A DNA stretch of 64,000 nucleotides from Octopus sinensis (lineage: Eukaryota). The notes beneath the pieces were generated by a model that did not search any database, was not told the origin of the DNA, and worked only from the letters and a program-made list of their open reading frames with translations. Shown piece by piece: positions 49,707-62,570 of this stretch; the first letter of the stretch is position 1, and each line of letters opens with the position of its first letter. Both the position numbers and the translations under genes were made by a program. Location of the stretch: positions 42,532,001-42,596,000 of the forward strand of contig NC_043013.1 of NCBI RefSeq assembly GCF_006345805.1, written 5' to 3'.

Positions 49707-50580
49707 TATTTATATATATATACTTGGAAGAGGATGCGTGGTGTTCAATCATATAATAATATAAATAGGATATATATATGCATATATACATACTTGTATG
49801 TACATACTTACATAGATGTATATACGTATAGATGTAAGTATGCACATATATGTATATATGAATATATATATATATCTGACAGATTGATGCTTTATAAGTA
49901 ATATAAGTAGATTATATTATCATCATCATTTAATATCTGTATTTCTTGCTGGCATGGATTGAACTATAGATAGATAGTTTTATATGTACATATCTATGTA
50001 TGTATATCTCTGTGTCTGTGTTTGTCCCCCATTACTGCTTGACAACCGATGGTGGTGTATTTACATTGCCGTAACTTAGGGGGTTGACAAAAGAGACCAA
50101 CAGAATAAGTACTAAGCTTCAAAAAAGTAACAAGTCCTAGGATCAATTTGTTCAACTAAAACCCTTAAAACCCCAGCATGGCCACAGGCAAATGACTGAA
50201 ACGAGTAAAAAGAAGATATGTGAATGTATAATGTGCATATTTATTAGTTATTCCTTATAATAGCACCACTGTTTTATTGAAACAGACCTGCTTATCAAAA
50301 GTAATCAAAACTGTTTATTTTAGATTTAAAAGAGTATCACAATCCAGGTGGACATTGGTTGCTGGTCTAATTTTTTTTAACTAGGAAGGAAATATATTTT
50401 TTGGAAAAAATGTCAAAAAGCTAAATGAACTTCTAACAAAATTGCGACATTCTTTTGAATTTAAAATTCATAATTTTCATTTTCCTTTGGTAAGTGGAAG
50501 AGCAAAGCAGGGATGAGGGACAAGACTTTCTAGGCATTGATCCTACCTAGAAAGTCTTCTCAGTGCATTCGGCATCACTA

Positions 50581-50652
50581 AAGGAAGTGGAGAAATTTAG
50601 GTATCTTGGAGTTGTATTCACCACTGATAAGAAGCAGGAGTGTGAATTCGAT
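50581..50652 (+). mobile_element. RTE-type reverse transcriptase fragment
   Basis: KEVEKFRYLGVVFTTDKKQECEFD (F.YLG motif). Confidence 0.6.
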
Positions 50653-52189
50653 GATGTTCAATAATACCGAAACATAATCGGAATTAACATACTTGCCAAC
50701 CTAGTTTTTCCTCACTACTCACCCCATTCCTCTTTCATTTTTTATTTCGGAGTTGCCTCCCTTTCTTGAGCAGAATTAATCATTTAAGCTAATAATTTTT
50801 CTCTTTACTGCGAGCGTAATTTCAGTTAACCCTTCATTTGTCCTGCGTATCTACATGCGATACTGAGAGCACATTTCCCAGGCGTCCACGCATCATATAT
50901 GACACGCATTCCCCCTCTTTTGTTTTCTTTTTTCAACCACCAAAGTAGCATGGGAGATATGAAAGGAAAGCTTTATAATTCTCAGAACTTATGAAATGCT
51001 TTGAACAGGCAAAGGTAAAAACAAATTTTTGGCTGTTATATTAATTGTTATCTTTCTCCACTTATAGGTATTTTAACTTTGTCCATTCTTTTTGGTAAAA
51101 AAAAATGGAATAATTGAGAGAGTAATTCTATATAAATCAGTTTGACATTTATTCATTCATAGATGTAAACTGTGTTGCTGGTGTGAAAAAATGTGGTTAA
51201 ACCTTATTTTACGATGCAGAGAAATTAGGGATAAAACGGATTTGACCGTAAACTAATAATGATATGAAAGTATTAAAAAATAGAACATTTATGTAACGTG
51301 AAAAAATACATAATATATCTTTCATTTTTTTACTTCGTCTTCTGGGCTTCGACCAAGCTTAGGTCCTCTCTTGAATGTATTTATTTATCTTTTTTATATT
51401 TCGTAATTTTCTTTCGGTTTTGCCAAACCACTAAATTACAGGGACGTAAACAAAATAGCACCGGTTGTAGTGCGGTGGGGAGCTGAACAAACTCCGATAT
51501 GCTTACGCGTCTCTTTTATTTTTTACTTGTTTCAGTCGTCTGACTGCGGCCATGCTGGGGCACCGCTTTGAAAGGCTTTAGTCAAACGAATTGACCCCCA
51601 GGACATATTCTTTTTAAGTTTAGTACTTATTCTATCAGTCTCTTTTGCGAAACTGCTAAGTTAGGGGGACGTAAATATACCAATACCAATTGTCAAGCAG
51701 TGGTAGGAGACAAACACAGACATATGAATATATATGACGGGCTTCTTTCAGTGTCCGTCTACCAAATCCACTCGCAAGGCTTTGGCCGGCCCGAGGCTAT
51801 AGTAGAGGACGGTTGCTCAAGGTGTTATACAGTGGAACTGAACCCAGAACCATGTGGTTGAGAGGCAAGCTTCTTACCACACAGCCATACATACACATGC
51901 AACGAGCTTCCACACAAGTTTGCGTCTAATTCACTCACAAGAAATTGGTCAGCTTTTGGGCTATCGCTAAGCTAAGCTTACCTCAGTGTTTGAACATGAA
52001 GCCACGTGGTTGTAAAGTGATTTTATTAAGTACACAGCCATGCTGTATTATTAAAATGCAACTTTCATGGATGGAACAAATTAGGGCGATGGTAAAGAAT
52101 ACGCACACCACCGTTTTCAGCATTTTGAGTTAGGGTTATGCCGAAAACAGGTGCTGTGCATATATTTTTTTACCTCCACCACAAATTAG

Positions 52190-52604
52190 GGAAAGACTTC
52201 CGCCCGTCCCCTCCCCATTTTGTCCCAAATTTGTTTATTTACCAAAATTCCACTCCCCCAACTTCTTTAATATTGACTTTTTTTTCCGCATCCCTAACCC
52301 TAAGTACAGAAATGTTTTGAAATTTTTGTCCGTATTTTCCCGCATATTTAGAAAAGAAAAAATTCGTTTAAAAAATTTTACAAAGATTTTGGGAAATTTT
52401 TTTCAGAATCATAATCTCCGTATTTTTCCGCATATTTTGAGGGGGAAAATTTTGAAAAAAGTTTAAAATGAAAGAAATGGAGGTGGGGGTGGTAATTTAG
52501 AAATGTGGATTTTTGCCAATTTTTTTGCAGATTCGTATTCCCCGTAGCCAAAAACGGAGGTTTGTGTCGAAAAAAGAAAGTTGGGGGCGGGCTGAAGTCT
52601 TGCT
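52190..52604. mobile_element. Diverged MITE
   Basis: Imperfect TIR aagacttccgcccgtcccc / gggggcgggctgaagtctt; direct repeat caaattag at 52182-89 and 52605-12. Confidence 0.5.
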
Positions 52605-53920
52605 CAAATTAGATTCAGGAATGTGTATTTATGATTGCTAAGCTCACACCTATACGTATGTTTGTGGAGATAGGATAAACTGGCAGTCTGTCACTTATGA
52701 TGACGAGGGCTCCAGTTAATCTGGTCAACGGAACAGCCTCCTCACGGAATTAACGTACCTTTAATGTACTTCTCACGGAGATTCAGCATGATACAGAATG
52801 GGACAAGTCTGTCCCTTTGAATTACAGGTACTATTCATTTTTGTCAGCTGAGTGGACTGGGAGCAATGTGAAATAAAGTGTCTTGCTCAAGGATACAATG
52901 CACCACCAGAAATCGAACTCACGGCCTTTATGGTCATGAGTCGAACACGCCTGGCCAGTGAGCCACGCGCCTTCATGGAAATAAGATAAGGGCAGAAACA
53001 CCGCTCGTCTGATCCTATGGAGTCTGCTTATGGATAATGTCAACATTCAGACCCATGAAATGCTGTGAGTGACACGCTATTTCATAAAACGTAATTTCCG
53101 TTATTTTATTCTACATGCCGAGCCTACTAACGTAGATGAAACGCTCGCCTGGTCAAAGCCTTCTACTGTAATAATACTGCTCTTGTGTTTTTTTCCGTCA
53201 CAACATATGAATGAGAAAGGAAGGGGTGATGGCAAACTGGTAGTGGGAACGTTTCAACTCGGTGAGTATGTGTGTGTATGAGTAATGGAAGTGGGATGGT
53301 GAACAGTCAACACTGAAAAGAAAAATCAAACAGCGTTTCAACTCTGTGAGTATATGTGTGTGTGTATGTGTACACGGGAAGTATGTGAATGTTTGTATCT
53401 GTGAACCAGCGTTCTTTCAGTAACAAATGATGATCGATGTCACATCTCAAAAGACAACCACTAGATAACATTGACAAATGTATTAATTTGATTTACTATC
53501 CATATTTATATATAAAATACTACAATTAGCCCACATTTTTGACGGCACAGGGTCAGTTAGTTAGCTTATAATAAGCAATTCCATTATCTTATTTACCTTT
53601 ACTTCAGATATCTTTAGCTGCGTTTCCTTCACCTTTTTGTACATCTTAAAATTTAATTAAGATTTAACCATAAATGAACGTTACTGCGATATTGGTCTAC
53701 ATGGTGTCGGTGTCACTAGACGACGTCATTCAGCCTAGCCTCTTAAAAACTGTGCACGTTGGACATTGATTTCAGTATCCCCTAATTTAGGCGGAGGAGA
53801 CAGAGTTGTCATCACTGAAATTGCTTTCATTAATGGTCTGCTTGAATAAAAGCAATAACTATGTTCAATCCTTGATAGTTGTAGAGATGTAAAAAAAAAA
53901 AAATTAATCTATGAAGCAAC

Positions 53921-54155
53921 ATCATCGTCATTTAACGTCCGTTTTCCATGCTAGCATGGGTTGGACGGTTCGACCAGGGTCTGGGGAACCAAGAGGCTGC
54001 ACCTGGCTCCAGTCTGATCTGGCAGTGTTTCTCCAGCTGGATGACCTTCCTAACACTAACCACTCCATGAGTGTAGTGGGTGCTTTTTATGTGCCACCAG
54101 CACAGGGGCCAGAGGAGGCTGGCAATAGCCATGATTGGTTGGTACTTTTTACATG
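53921..54155 (-). mobile_element. RTE LINE 3' UTR copy
   Basis: Family sequence. Confidence 0.7.
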
Positions 54156-54367
54156 CCACGTAATCACAAATTAGTTATAAACTCAAATTAGGATACAAAG
54201 CTTTGTATCAAGGGCAAACTGCAGTTTTCCTAGTGAAAAATTATTTTAAATTTTTCTTTTTGCAGTCCAGTGATGCACTATGACTGTCTCATCATGCCTG
54301 TCATCCACTGTCAGATTTAAAGTAACAGGAATTCTGGCTTCTCGGAAAAATGAGAGAACCTCTACAT

Positions 54368-54709
54368 CAGGGATTCCCAACCATATTTTAACTGTGGACT
54401 CTCTTTGATTATTTTTTTTTTTATTATGGTGGGTCCCCATTGCCATTTGATGTTTGAAAACTAGTTTTATTGAAACTTCTTTAAAAATTCTTGTTTTGTT
54501 TTTCACACATTCACTCGTGTAGGTTGAACTAGTTAAAATGTTAGAAAAAGAAACCTAGCTGATTTTTGCAATACATAGCATCTAAAGGAAATCTTTTTCA
54601 GGTGGCCTTAAAATATTGTGTATCCCCAGTTTAATATTATATAGCATCGACCCCACAAAATCTTATATGGATCTTCAGGAGCCTTATGGACCCCAGTTAA
54701 GAACCACTG
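54368..54709. mobile_element. hAT MITE
   Basis: Perfect 8-bp TSD ctctacat; CAG...CTG ends. Confidence 0.75.
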
Positions 54710-55949
54710 CTCTACATGGTCTCTTCATTTGCTAAAAATAGCAACCACATTACATATTTGAACAAATCTTTAATACCATATATATATAATAATTAATAAT
54801 ATCAGGGTAATAAAGATTTGAGAAATTTTTACTACTAGTGGCCTAGTGTATAGAAAAATTTAGTCAATAGACTATATCACAATATATAGAATAATATATC
54901 CATATATATATATGGAAAGACATTTGATATTATTAGATGTTTGAGAATTAGTGTGGAAACATGTGACGGTCATGGATGGAATACGTCTAATGGAACGGTT
55001 AGCTTGAACAGGTCTGGCCTGGAGATAAACAAACATTAACACTTAAATTTTTTTTTCTTTTTCATTTCAGCCCAACATTGTATCATTCAACATTGATGCA
55101 ATAATCTTCTTTGTGGGTACTTATGATTAGTCCCATAATTCCAGTGGATTGTATGTAGTAGGAACACTACTGAAAACTTAATATTCATGTTAGAGAAAGA
55201 CTCGTTCTTTATTTGTTCTCGTTGCAGGCAAGTACCTCTTGACTTGCCATAGGTAGCCTGGGTCACTGAGATTAAAATAATCCTAGTTTCAAACAACACA
55301 GATGCCGCAATAACATACAAATCCCCAGTTGTGGCTCTGTGTTAATGGTAAATACAGCCTCTCTTTCATTTTCGTTTTATTGGCCACTGTGGGCCCAACA
55401 CAGAGGGGACGAACAAAGTAGGGATTTGAAATATAAACGAATGAATGAAATGGATTTATATAATGGATGAGGGTGTAATGGCTACTTGAGCCTCACGCTC
55501 GAGTAGTACCATTTAACTATATTTTACACCAATGTTTATTAAATTAAAATTATCTTATTAGATCAAATATGACCTCAAATGTTCAAAATCCACCACGAGA
55601 GGTAGAGAATCATATTCTATATATTATGGTGTGTCCAAGTCATCGCCAAAAATTGTTTTTAAATTTTTTATAATTGTTCATGTCTATTAATATGCAGTTC
55701 ATGCCCGGTATGCGCAACTCTTCCTCTTGTTCAACTCTTATCAACTTGATTTTTGCAGTGGTAGAGGTGGGAGGTCTTCCCTCCACCACCCCTTGCAGCT
55801 TCAATAATTTCTTCTAAGTCAAGTGAGGTGACCTGGATTATAACTTCCAGGCCATATCCCCACTAGTTCAATTGCTTTGTTCGGCTTACCTGCAGCACTT
55901 CTGGGTCCTCTTTTGTTCCCGTGAAGACTGCCTCACCTCACCTACCTAG

Positions 55950-56220
55950 GCACATGGCCTAGTGGTTAGAGCAGCAGACTCGCGATCGAGAGATCGCGGG
56001 TTTGAATTTCAGACCGGGCGATGTGTGTTTGTGAGCGAAATACCCAAGCTCCACGCAGCTCCGGTAGAAGGTAGTGGCGAACTTCTGACTCTTTCGCCAC
56101 AACTTTCTCTCACTCTTTCCTCCTGCATATTGCAGCTCACCTGCGACGGACTGGCGCCCCGTCCAGGTGAGGAACCTACACACCAAGGAAACCGGCTCTT
56201 ACGAGCCAGGCATGGCTCAA
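55950..56220 (+). mobile_element. SINE family B
   Basis: tRNA-like head and shared body. Confidence 0.7.
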
Positions 56221-58082
56221 GAAATGAACGAACTACCTACCCCTCCAAACTTTTGTTTGTTTTTTAAACGTTTCTATTCAATCTATCTAGACGCAAGTAT
56301 GGCCATGTGGTAAGAATGCTTGCCAACTACATGATCTCGGGTTCAGTCCCACTATGTGACACCTTGGGCAAGTGTTTTCTCATATATAATCGTAGGTCGA
56401 CCAATACCTTGTGAGTGAATTTTGTAGACGTAAACTGAAACTCGTCTTATAGAGTGTGTGTGTGTGTTTTCATACCGCACCCTAACTCAACAACGAGTGC
56501 TAATTTGTTTACAACCTAAACGACCAACAGAATAAGTGTTAGACTTTAAAACAAGAAATAAGTACTGGTATCAACTTGTTTGATTTATACTTTTGAAAAC
56601 GGTGCCCCCAACATGGCCGCAGTCCAGTAAAAGTTTTGATGTAAAGGGACATAACTCTGACCTAGCATAAGGTGGCTACGGATTGAACATCATACAGTTA
56701 TGCCTGCGTTTACTGTGCTTATTATTGAGAACAAGTTCGTGAATATAACTTTATTCATCAAGCTGTTGGAAAATTTAAAAACCCTCTTAAAATTATATAG
56801 CATGAAAATGGGTCCGCCTATTTTGCAATTCTCAGTTTCTTGCCCTATGGGAAACTATCTGGGATGACGCTTTAACCGATATGACTGTACGAAGGGAGGT
56901 AACTGCTGTTAGCTTTCACCTAATTATTTTCAATGGAAATATTAAGTTCTTTCGTTTTCCTCTGAACTCTAACAATTTCTTTTTCCAGGTCAGAAACAGA
57001 CTGAAGTTCAAAAGTGGGGGAGGGAAATTCGTGCTCAAAGCGCAAAAATACCTATTTATTTTTCAACGTTATTATTGATTTCATCGCTAGAAGTAAGTCT
57101 TTATCTCCCCTCACTTTCAAATTGAAAGGAGTTCAAGGGGATAAAAATATTTCGATTTATAGTTTTTTTCTTCTTTTAAATTTATCGCCGGGCTATGTTG
57201 AAGCACCATCCTTAATTAGTTTTTAATCAACCAGACTGATTCATTCGATAGATCCGGAAATGGTTAGGATCTGTGGTTTTCTTGGGTGTTTGCAGCTGTG
57301 TGGGGTGCTTATATGCTACATCCTTCCTTCTTTTTCTTTAGGTTCTTAGGGGCGGGGTATTTTTTTGTATCCCTCTTTCTAGAAAGGCTAACAGCTTGAC
57401 ACCGATTAAATATTTCAGCAGTATTTCACTCTACGAAATTCCGCTCTCAAGACATTGGTTTACGGGGAGCTACAAGATAAAACCTGCGAAGCGAACATCT
57501 AATGCATACAATTATGTTTACACCTGATATTGTGCAAGGCGGCGAAATTGCAGAATCGTTGGCTTGTCGAACAAAATGCCTAGCAACATGTCTTCTGGCT
57601 CTATGCGCTCTGAGTTCAATTCCGCCGAGGTCAACTTTGCCTTTCCTCCTTTTGTGGTCGATGATACGAAGTACCAGTTAAGTACTTCAAAACTGCTGGC
57701 CTTGTGCTAAAATTAGAATTATTGTATGAATTCATAAATATAATTCTCCCTTTTTGCCATGGGCCTTAATGTCAGACCTGTTTAAAACCACCATCTTAAC
57801 ACATTAAAAAATGAAGTCTTAAAATTTCACTGTGTTTAGATTAAACGTTATGGTAAGCTTACAGTCTGGAAGAGGACAGTATGCAACTATTAGCTACGAA
57901 TGTCGACCACCTACTGAGCATTTCGTATTTCTCAGTCAGATGATGCTTCCTGGCGAGTCCATGTCCAAACAAGTAGAAGCAGGTTTTACGTTGCGAAAAC
58001 GCAACCAGGGGTATAATATGGGTTACGCGATTGTATGAACAAGGGAAATAACTGTTTCTTCTCTAAGGTTTCGAAGAAAATT

Positions 58083-58274
58083 TTATTCCTCCCATAACAT
58101 TGTGATAATTTTAAGTGCGACAGTTTCTTTAGCCAAAAGAACGGAGACTGAAGTCCAAATACTGTACCACTCATTGATAACGTCTAAAGAGAAGGTGCTT
58201 CTTCTTAATTCATCTTTGGTTAATGTAGCTTTGACCAGAAGGAGTTGTATCATCAGACGGTATCCAGCGATCAT
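58083..58274 (-). mobile_element. Degraded CR1/L2-group LINE ORF2 3' end
   Basis: DELRRSTFSLDVINEWYS resembles the R..FFS.RVIN.WN.L motif. Confidence 0.45.
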
Positions 58275-59080
58275 TGGGTCTTTTGATCATGAACGGTAAC
58301 ATCTCTCGTTGGTGGGTCTGCAGAGGTGGCCAAATTACTGCTCATCATCTCCTGGCTTCCCGCTTAACTCCGCTCTCTTGCTCCATAACACGGAAGAGGC
58401 TCTTTTTGCTGCTGCTTTTCCCACCCTGCACACAGCAACCTTTTGCTTTATTCCTTAATGAATACCTCTATAAAATCCGAACGATAGCACTCCAAACATT
58501 GCTGTCTGGGTGTGTGTGTCTGATCAACCACAGAGTGAAGCAGCATTTTGTTTTAATAATCTTTACATGTATTGAGAACATTTCTCCTGTTTGTACGCCC
58601 AGACGGTGTGTGAGTTAGAGAGGGATAAGAATTTAGATGAAGTTGATATTTTGCTACTCAAGAGTTTTTTGTCATGTGTGATAACAACAAAAGAAACTTG
58701 AGTAGAAAAATATAAACTTCATCTCAGTTAAAATTCCTGTGATAATTATGACAAAAAAAAATTAGGAATATAAGAGGAAACAGGAAATTCAGGAACACAT
58801 CAAATTATTCATTTTTCATTGTTTTTAAGTGCAGGGCTTGCAATCAGTTGACAGGTAAGTAGAGGTGTTGCTGTAGAAATGGCCAGTTTAACTATAACTC
58901 ACACTGGATGGAGACTACTACTAACTGAAGAAATCGTTAGTGTTTCTATACAATGTAGTGTTGCACGCAACAAAGTTACTTCTATATTAATATTGGAAAG
59001 TGCTGGTAACCAATAGTTTATACATGTCGTTACCTTGTCTTTAAATAGAATTTTTTTTCTTCTGCGGGTATTAGTATATA

Positions 59081-59208
59081 CAGTATTTTAACATGTATAA
59101 AGAACATTTTTTTATATGGGAATTTCTTGTACATCGATAATACAAAGTCTTTTTTCTAAATTTTAAGCCACCAAAATTAGAGGGTTCCTTATACATGATA
59201 AAATATGG
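59081..59208. mobile_element. Short pogo-type MITE
   Basis: TA|cagtattttaacatgtataa ... ttatacatgataaaatatgg|TA. Confidence 0.6.
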
Positions 59209-60289
59209 TAATTAAAATAAGGAAAAACAGATCAGGGGAAATGGGTGCATAGTAGATATCACCAATAAGGATAATTTCTATTTTCATTTTGAACAAAAAT
59301 ATCATCGTTATTGTTATTAAAGATGGTGCATGGGTAGAATAGAGGGTCGGACAAAATGCCTTGCAGTGTATGTTCCAGTCCTTTACATTCAGGGCTCAAA
59401 TCTAGCTGAGATCAACTTTGCCTTTGATCTTACCAGGGTCAGTAAAATAAAGTACTAGTTAAGTAATGATATAATCAACTTACTCTTCTCAGAACTGCTG
59501 GTCTGTTGCTTACATTAGAAACAATTATTTTAGGTAGTCAGAACATCAAAACACCTTTGAAATTATTTTCAAAACAGTGCTCCTAAACAAGAAAACATTT
59601 CCCTATAACCAGATATGGTTTTGCAGAGTATTGGAAATAAATGACACTGCTTGTATGAAAGTGGTGCTTGTTTACAACAACTGTGCAATCTCAAGCACAC
59701 ATACATACACACACACCAGGGTTCTTTCAGTTTCCATCTGCTAAATCCACTCAAAAGGATTTGATTAGCCCAGGGCTACAGTAACAGAACTTGCCCAAGG
59801 TGACACAGTAAGACTGAGCCCCAAACAACCATTATGGATGTAATTTTAGTTGATTAAAATATTCTTTTTCAGCTTATTCCATTATGCTATCAGTTTGTTC
59901 TTCATACAGAAAATATCCATTTTCCTATGTTATAGTCTTTTCTATATATTGTGTGACAGATGACTGAGCTATTAAGAGTTAAATATCTTTCTCTCTCTTT
60001 CCCTCATTTAAACATTCATTTTAGAAAAAAAAAATATTCAAGTTGGTGACAACTGGGGAAACTGAAAGACAGAAGCCAAGGAAGACAGTGAGAGAAGATA
60101 TTCAAAAGACTTAATAACTGGCTTCAGAAAGACTGGTCCAATATGTTGTGATTGGGTGAGTGTGTAACAGAAAAGTATGGAGATCTATGGTCACCAACAC
60201 CTCTTATAAGCATAGCCAGAATGAGACAATGATTGGACATAGCTGTTTGAATGGTGACATTTTGGCACAGCCTGTTTTGTTTTAAAAAG

Positions 60290-60535
60290 CACCTGTGCTG
60301 GTGCCATGTAAAGGCACTCTTGCCAGTGTCACATAAGGCGCACTGTGCCAGTTCCACATAAAAAAGCACCTGGTAAACTCTGTAAAGTGGTTGGCATTAG
60401 AAAGTTCATCCAGCCCTAGAACCCATGCAAAAATAAACAATTGGAGCCATGTGCAGCTCTCTGGCTAGCCAGCTTCTGAAAAACTGCCCAACCCATGCCA
60501 ACATGGAAAACCGACATTAAATGATGATGACGACC
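60290..60535 (+). mobile_element. Diverged RTE LINE 3' UTR copy
   Basis: Ends acattaaatgatgatga. Confidence 0.65.
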
Positions 60536-61634
60536 ATGGTTCATCATTGTATTTTAGTGGACAATTTAAGTGTAAAAGCATTCCACTTATTCCAAAGGTA
60601 GGGGAAAAAAAAACTAACAGCAACAATAGCATTATAATAGCACCACCCTTATATAAGTCATTAATAGAAACAGAAAATACATAATAATTTAAAAAAAAGA
60701 CAATTTATTAATAATAATAGTAATAATTTTTGAAGACTTGAGCAAGTAAATTATGGCCAACCAAGATAAAAAAAAAAGTTGGCAGCAAAAAACATTGCAA
60801 CCATTCTTCAACCATTAGCTCACACCAAGATGAATGGCTTTGGAGCAGGAAGGCAAGCAAGCCAACAGCAAGAGGCAGTAGCTATCATATACCATTAGAT
60901 GATAGAGACTATATCATATGAGTGTATTTTGGATATGGCTTACAATGTGTTCAGCTTAACAATCTCAATAGATTACAAAAAGATTGTCTTCAATTAGGTC
61001 TAGTTATACATACATACATATATTCTATATATATTTATATCTATACATATATATAAAGAGATTTATGCACAAAAATATATATTTACAGTTCTCTTTCAAA
61101 TCTATCATTTTTCTTTTTAACACAACCATTTTTTTTTTTTTCAAAACTATTCTTTTTTGTTAAATTTCACTGACACAGAGCTAAACGATAGCTAATTAAC
61201 AAATAGTCTGGAAAGAAAGCAATGATGTTAATTATATATACATAAAGAGACATACATACACACAGACTTATGATTCATGAATGTTGGGGAAAGGGTGAAA
61301 TAAGCATGACAAAAAAGGGAGGACAAACTAAATTATGGTAAGCAATCATACCAGAGAGAGAACAACTGAAGATATTTTCTAAAAAATAAAGGAAAAAAAA
61401 GCTTCCACCTTTTTATGGATTGGTCCAAAATATATTGCAGATATGTAGATAAGTTATACACAAATGAATTGATCTCTCTCTCTCTCATGGAATGACTGAG
61501 AAAGATAAAAATAACGTCAGAAAAGAAACACTAGCATTTCTCACACATTTCAGTTACAAATACAAATTTTAGAAGCAGCACTTGAAGAAGGTCATTTGTA
61601 ATAAAGAGTCCCGTCTTAAGTTTTGTAGCCTTAA

Positions 61635-61826
61635 CCCTTTTGTTACCATATTTCCATTGAAATTCACTGCCTTTGAAAAATCAAAGAAATTAGTAAAAAT
61701 AGCTATCGTTATTAAGCTGGTGTTTGAGACATAAATTAACATGAGAAATATTGATGGAAGATTCCAATTTAGATCACTTTAGAACAGCAGGTTTGTTTAT
61801 AGAACCAAGGGTTGGTCTCAAAAGAG
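61635..61826. mobile_element. piggyBac-type MITE
   Basis: TTAA|ccctttt ... aaaagag|TTAA. Confidence 0.7.
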
Positions 61827-62144
61827 TTAATATGTCAATTAAATACTGAAGTCATCAGATGAAAAGGAAAAGAAGCATCATTGTTGTTTCTTCATTAACT
61901 TTGTAGATTAGAAATCTCCAAAGGGATTATAAACACATGGACTTTATGGCAGGATATCCAAGAAACATTTAACCATTCTGCTGCTTAATAATGAGTATTT
62001 CTTATAAATACCATAAAGTTGCTGTGATATTCAGGACTTTCCCCAAAGGGATTTAGTAAAATTAAGAGAAATTTTAATTAAGTGCTGAAACCAGATAATA
62101 AATAAAGAACTTAGTACCACACCATAGCGCCAGCTATAATAATA

Positions 62145-62570
62145 ATGGTTTCAAATTTTGGCACAAGGCCAGCAATTTCGGGAGAGGGGATAAGTCAATT
62201 ATACTAACCCAAAATTTTTAGGGAGGGGGCCAGTCAATTAGATTGACCCCAGTAAGCAACTGGTACTTATTTTATCAACCCCAAAAGGATGAAAGGCAAA
62301 AGTCAACCTCAGCAGAATTTGAACTCAGAATGTAAATACTGATGAAATGCTGGTAAGCATTTCACCCAGTGTACTAATGATTCTGCCAATTTGGGGGTAA
62401 AAGGCTAGGTGATTACATCAGCCCCAGTGTTCAATTAGTCCTTATTCTATCAACCCTAAAACGATGAAAGGCAAAGTGAATCTCAGTGGATATTTAAATT
62501 CAGAATGTTAAAAACTGGAAGAAATGCTATAAAGCTACTTGTCCAGTGCACTAACAATTCTGCCAGATGA
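62145..62570 (-). mobile_element. Partly duplicated, degraded SINE C variant
   Basis: Two successive copies of the ggatgaaaggcaaag...gaactcagaa core. Confidence 0.55.
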
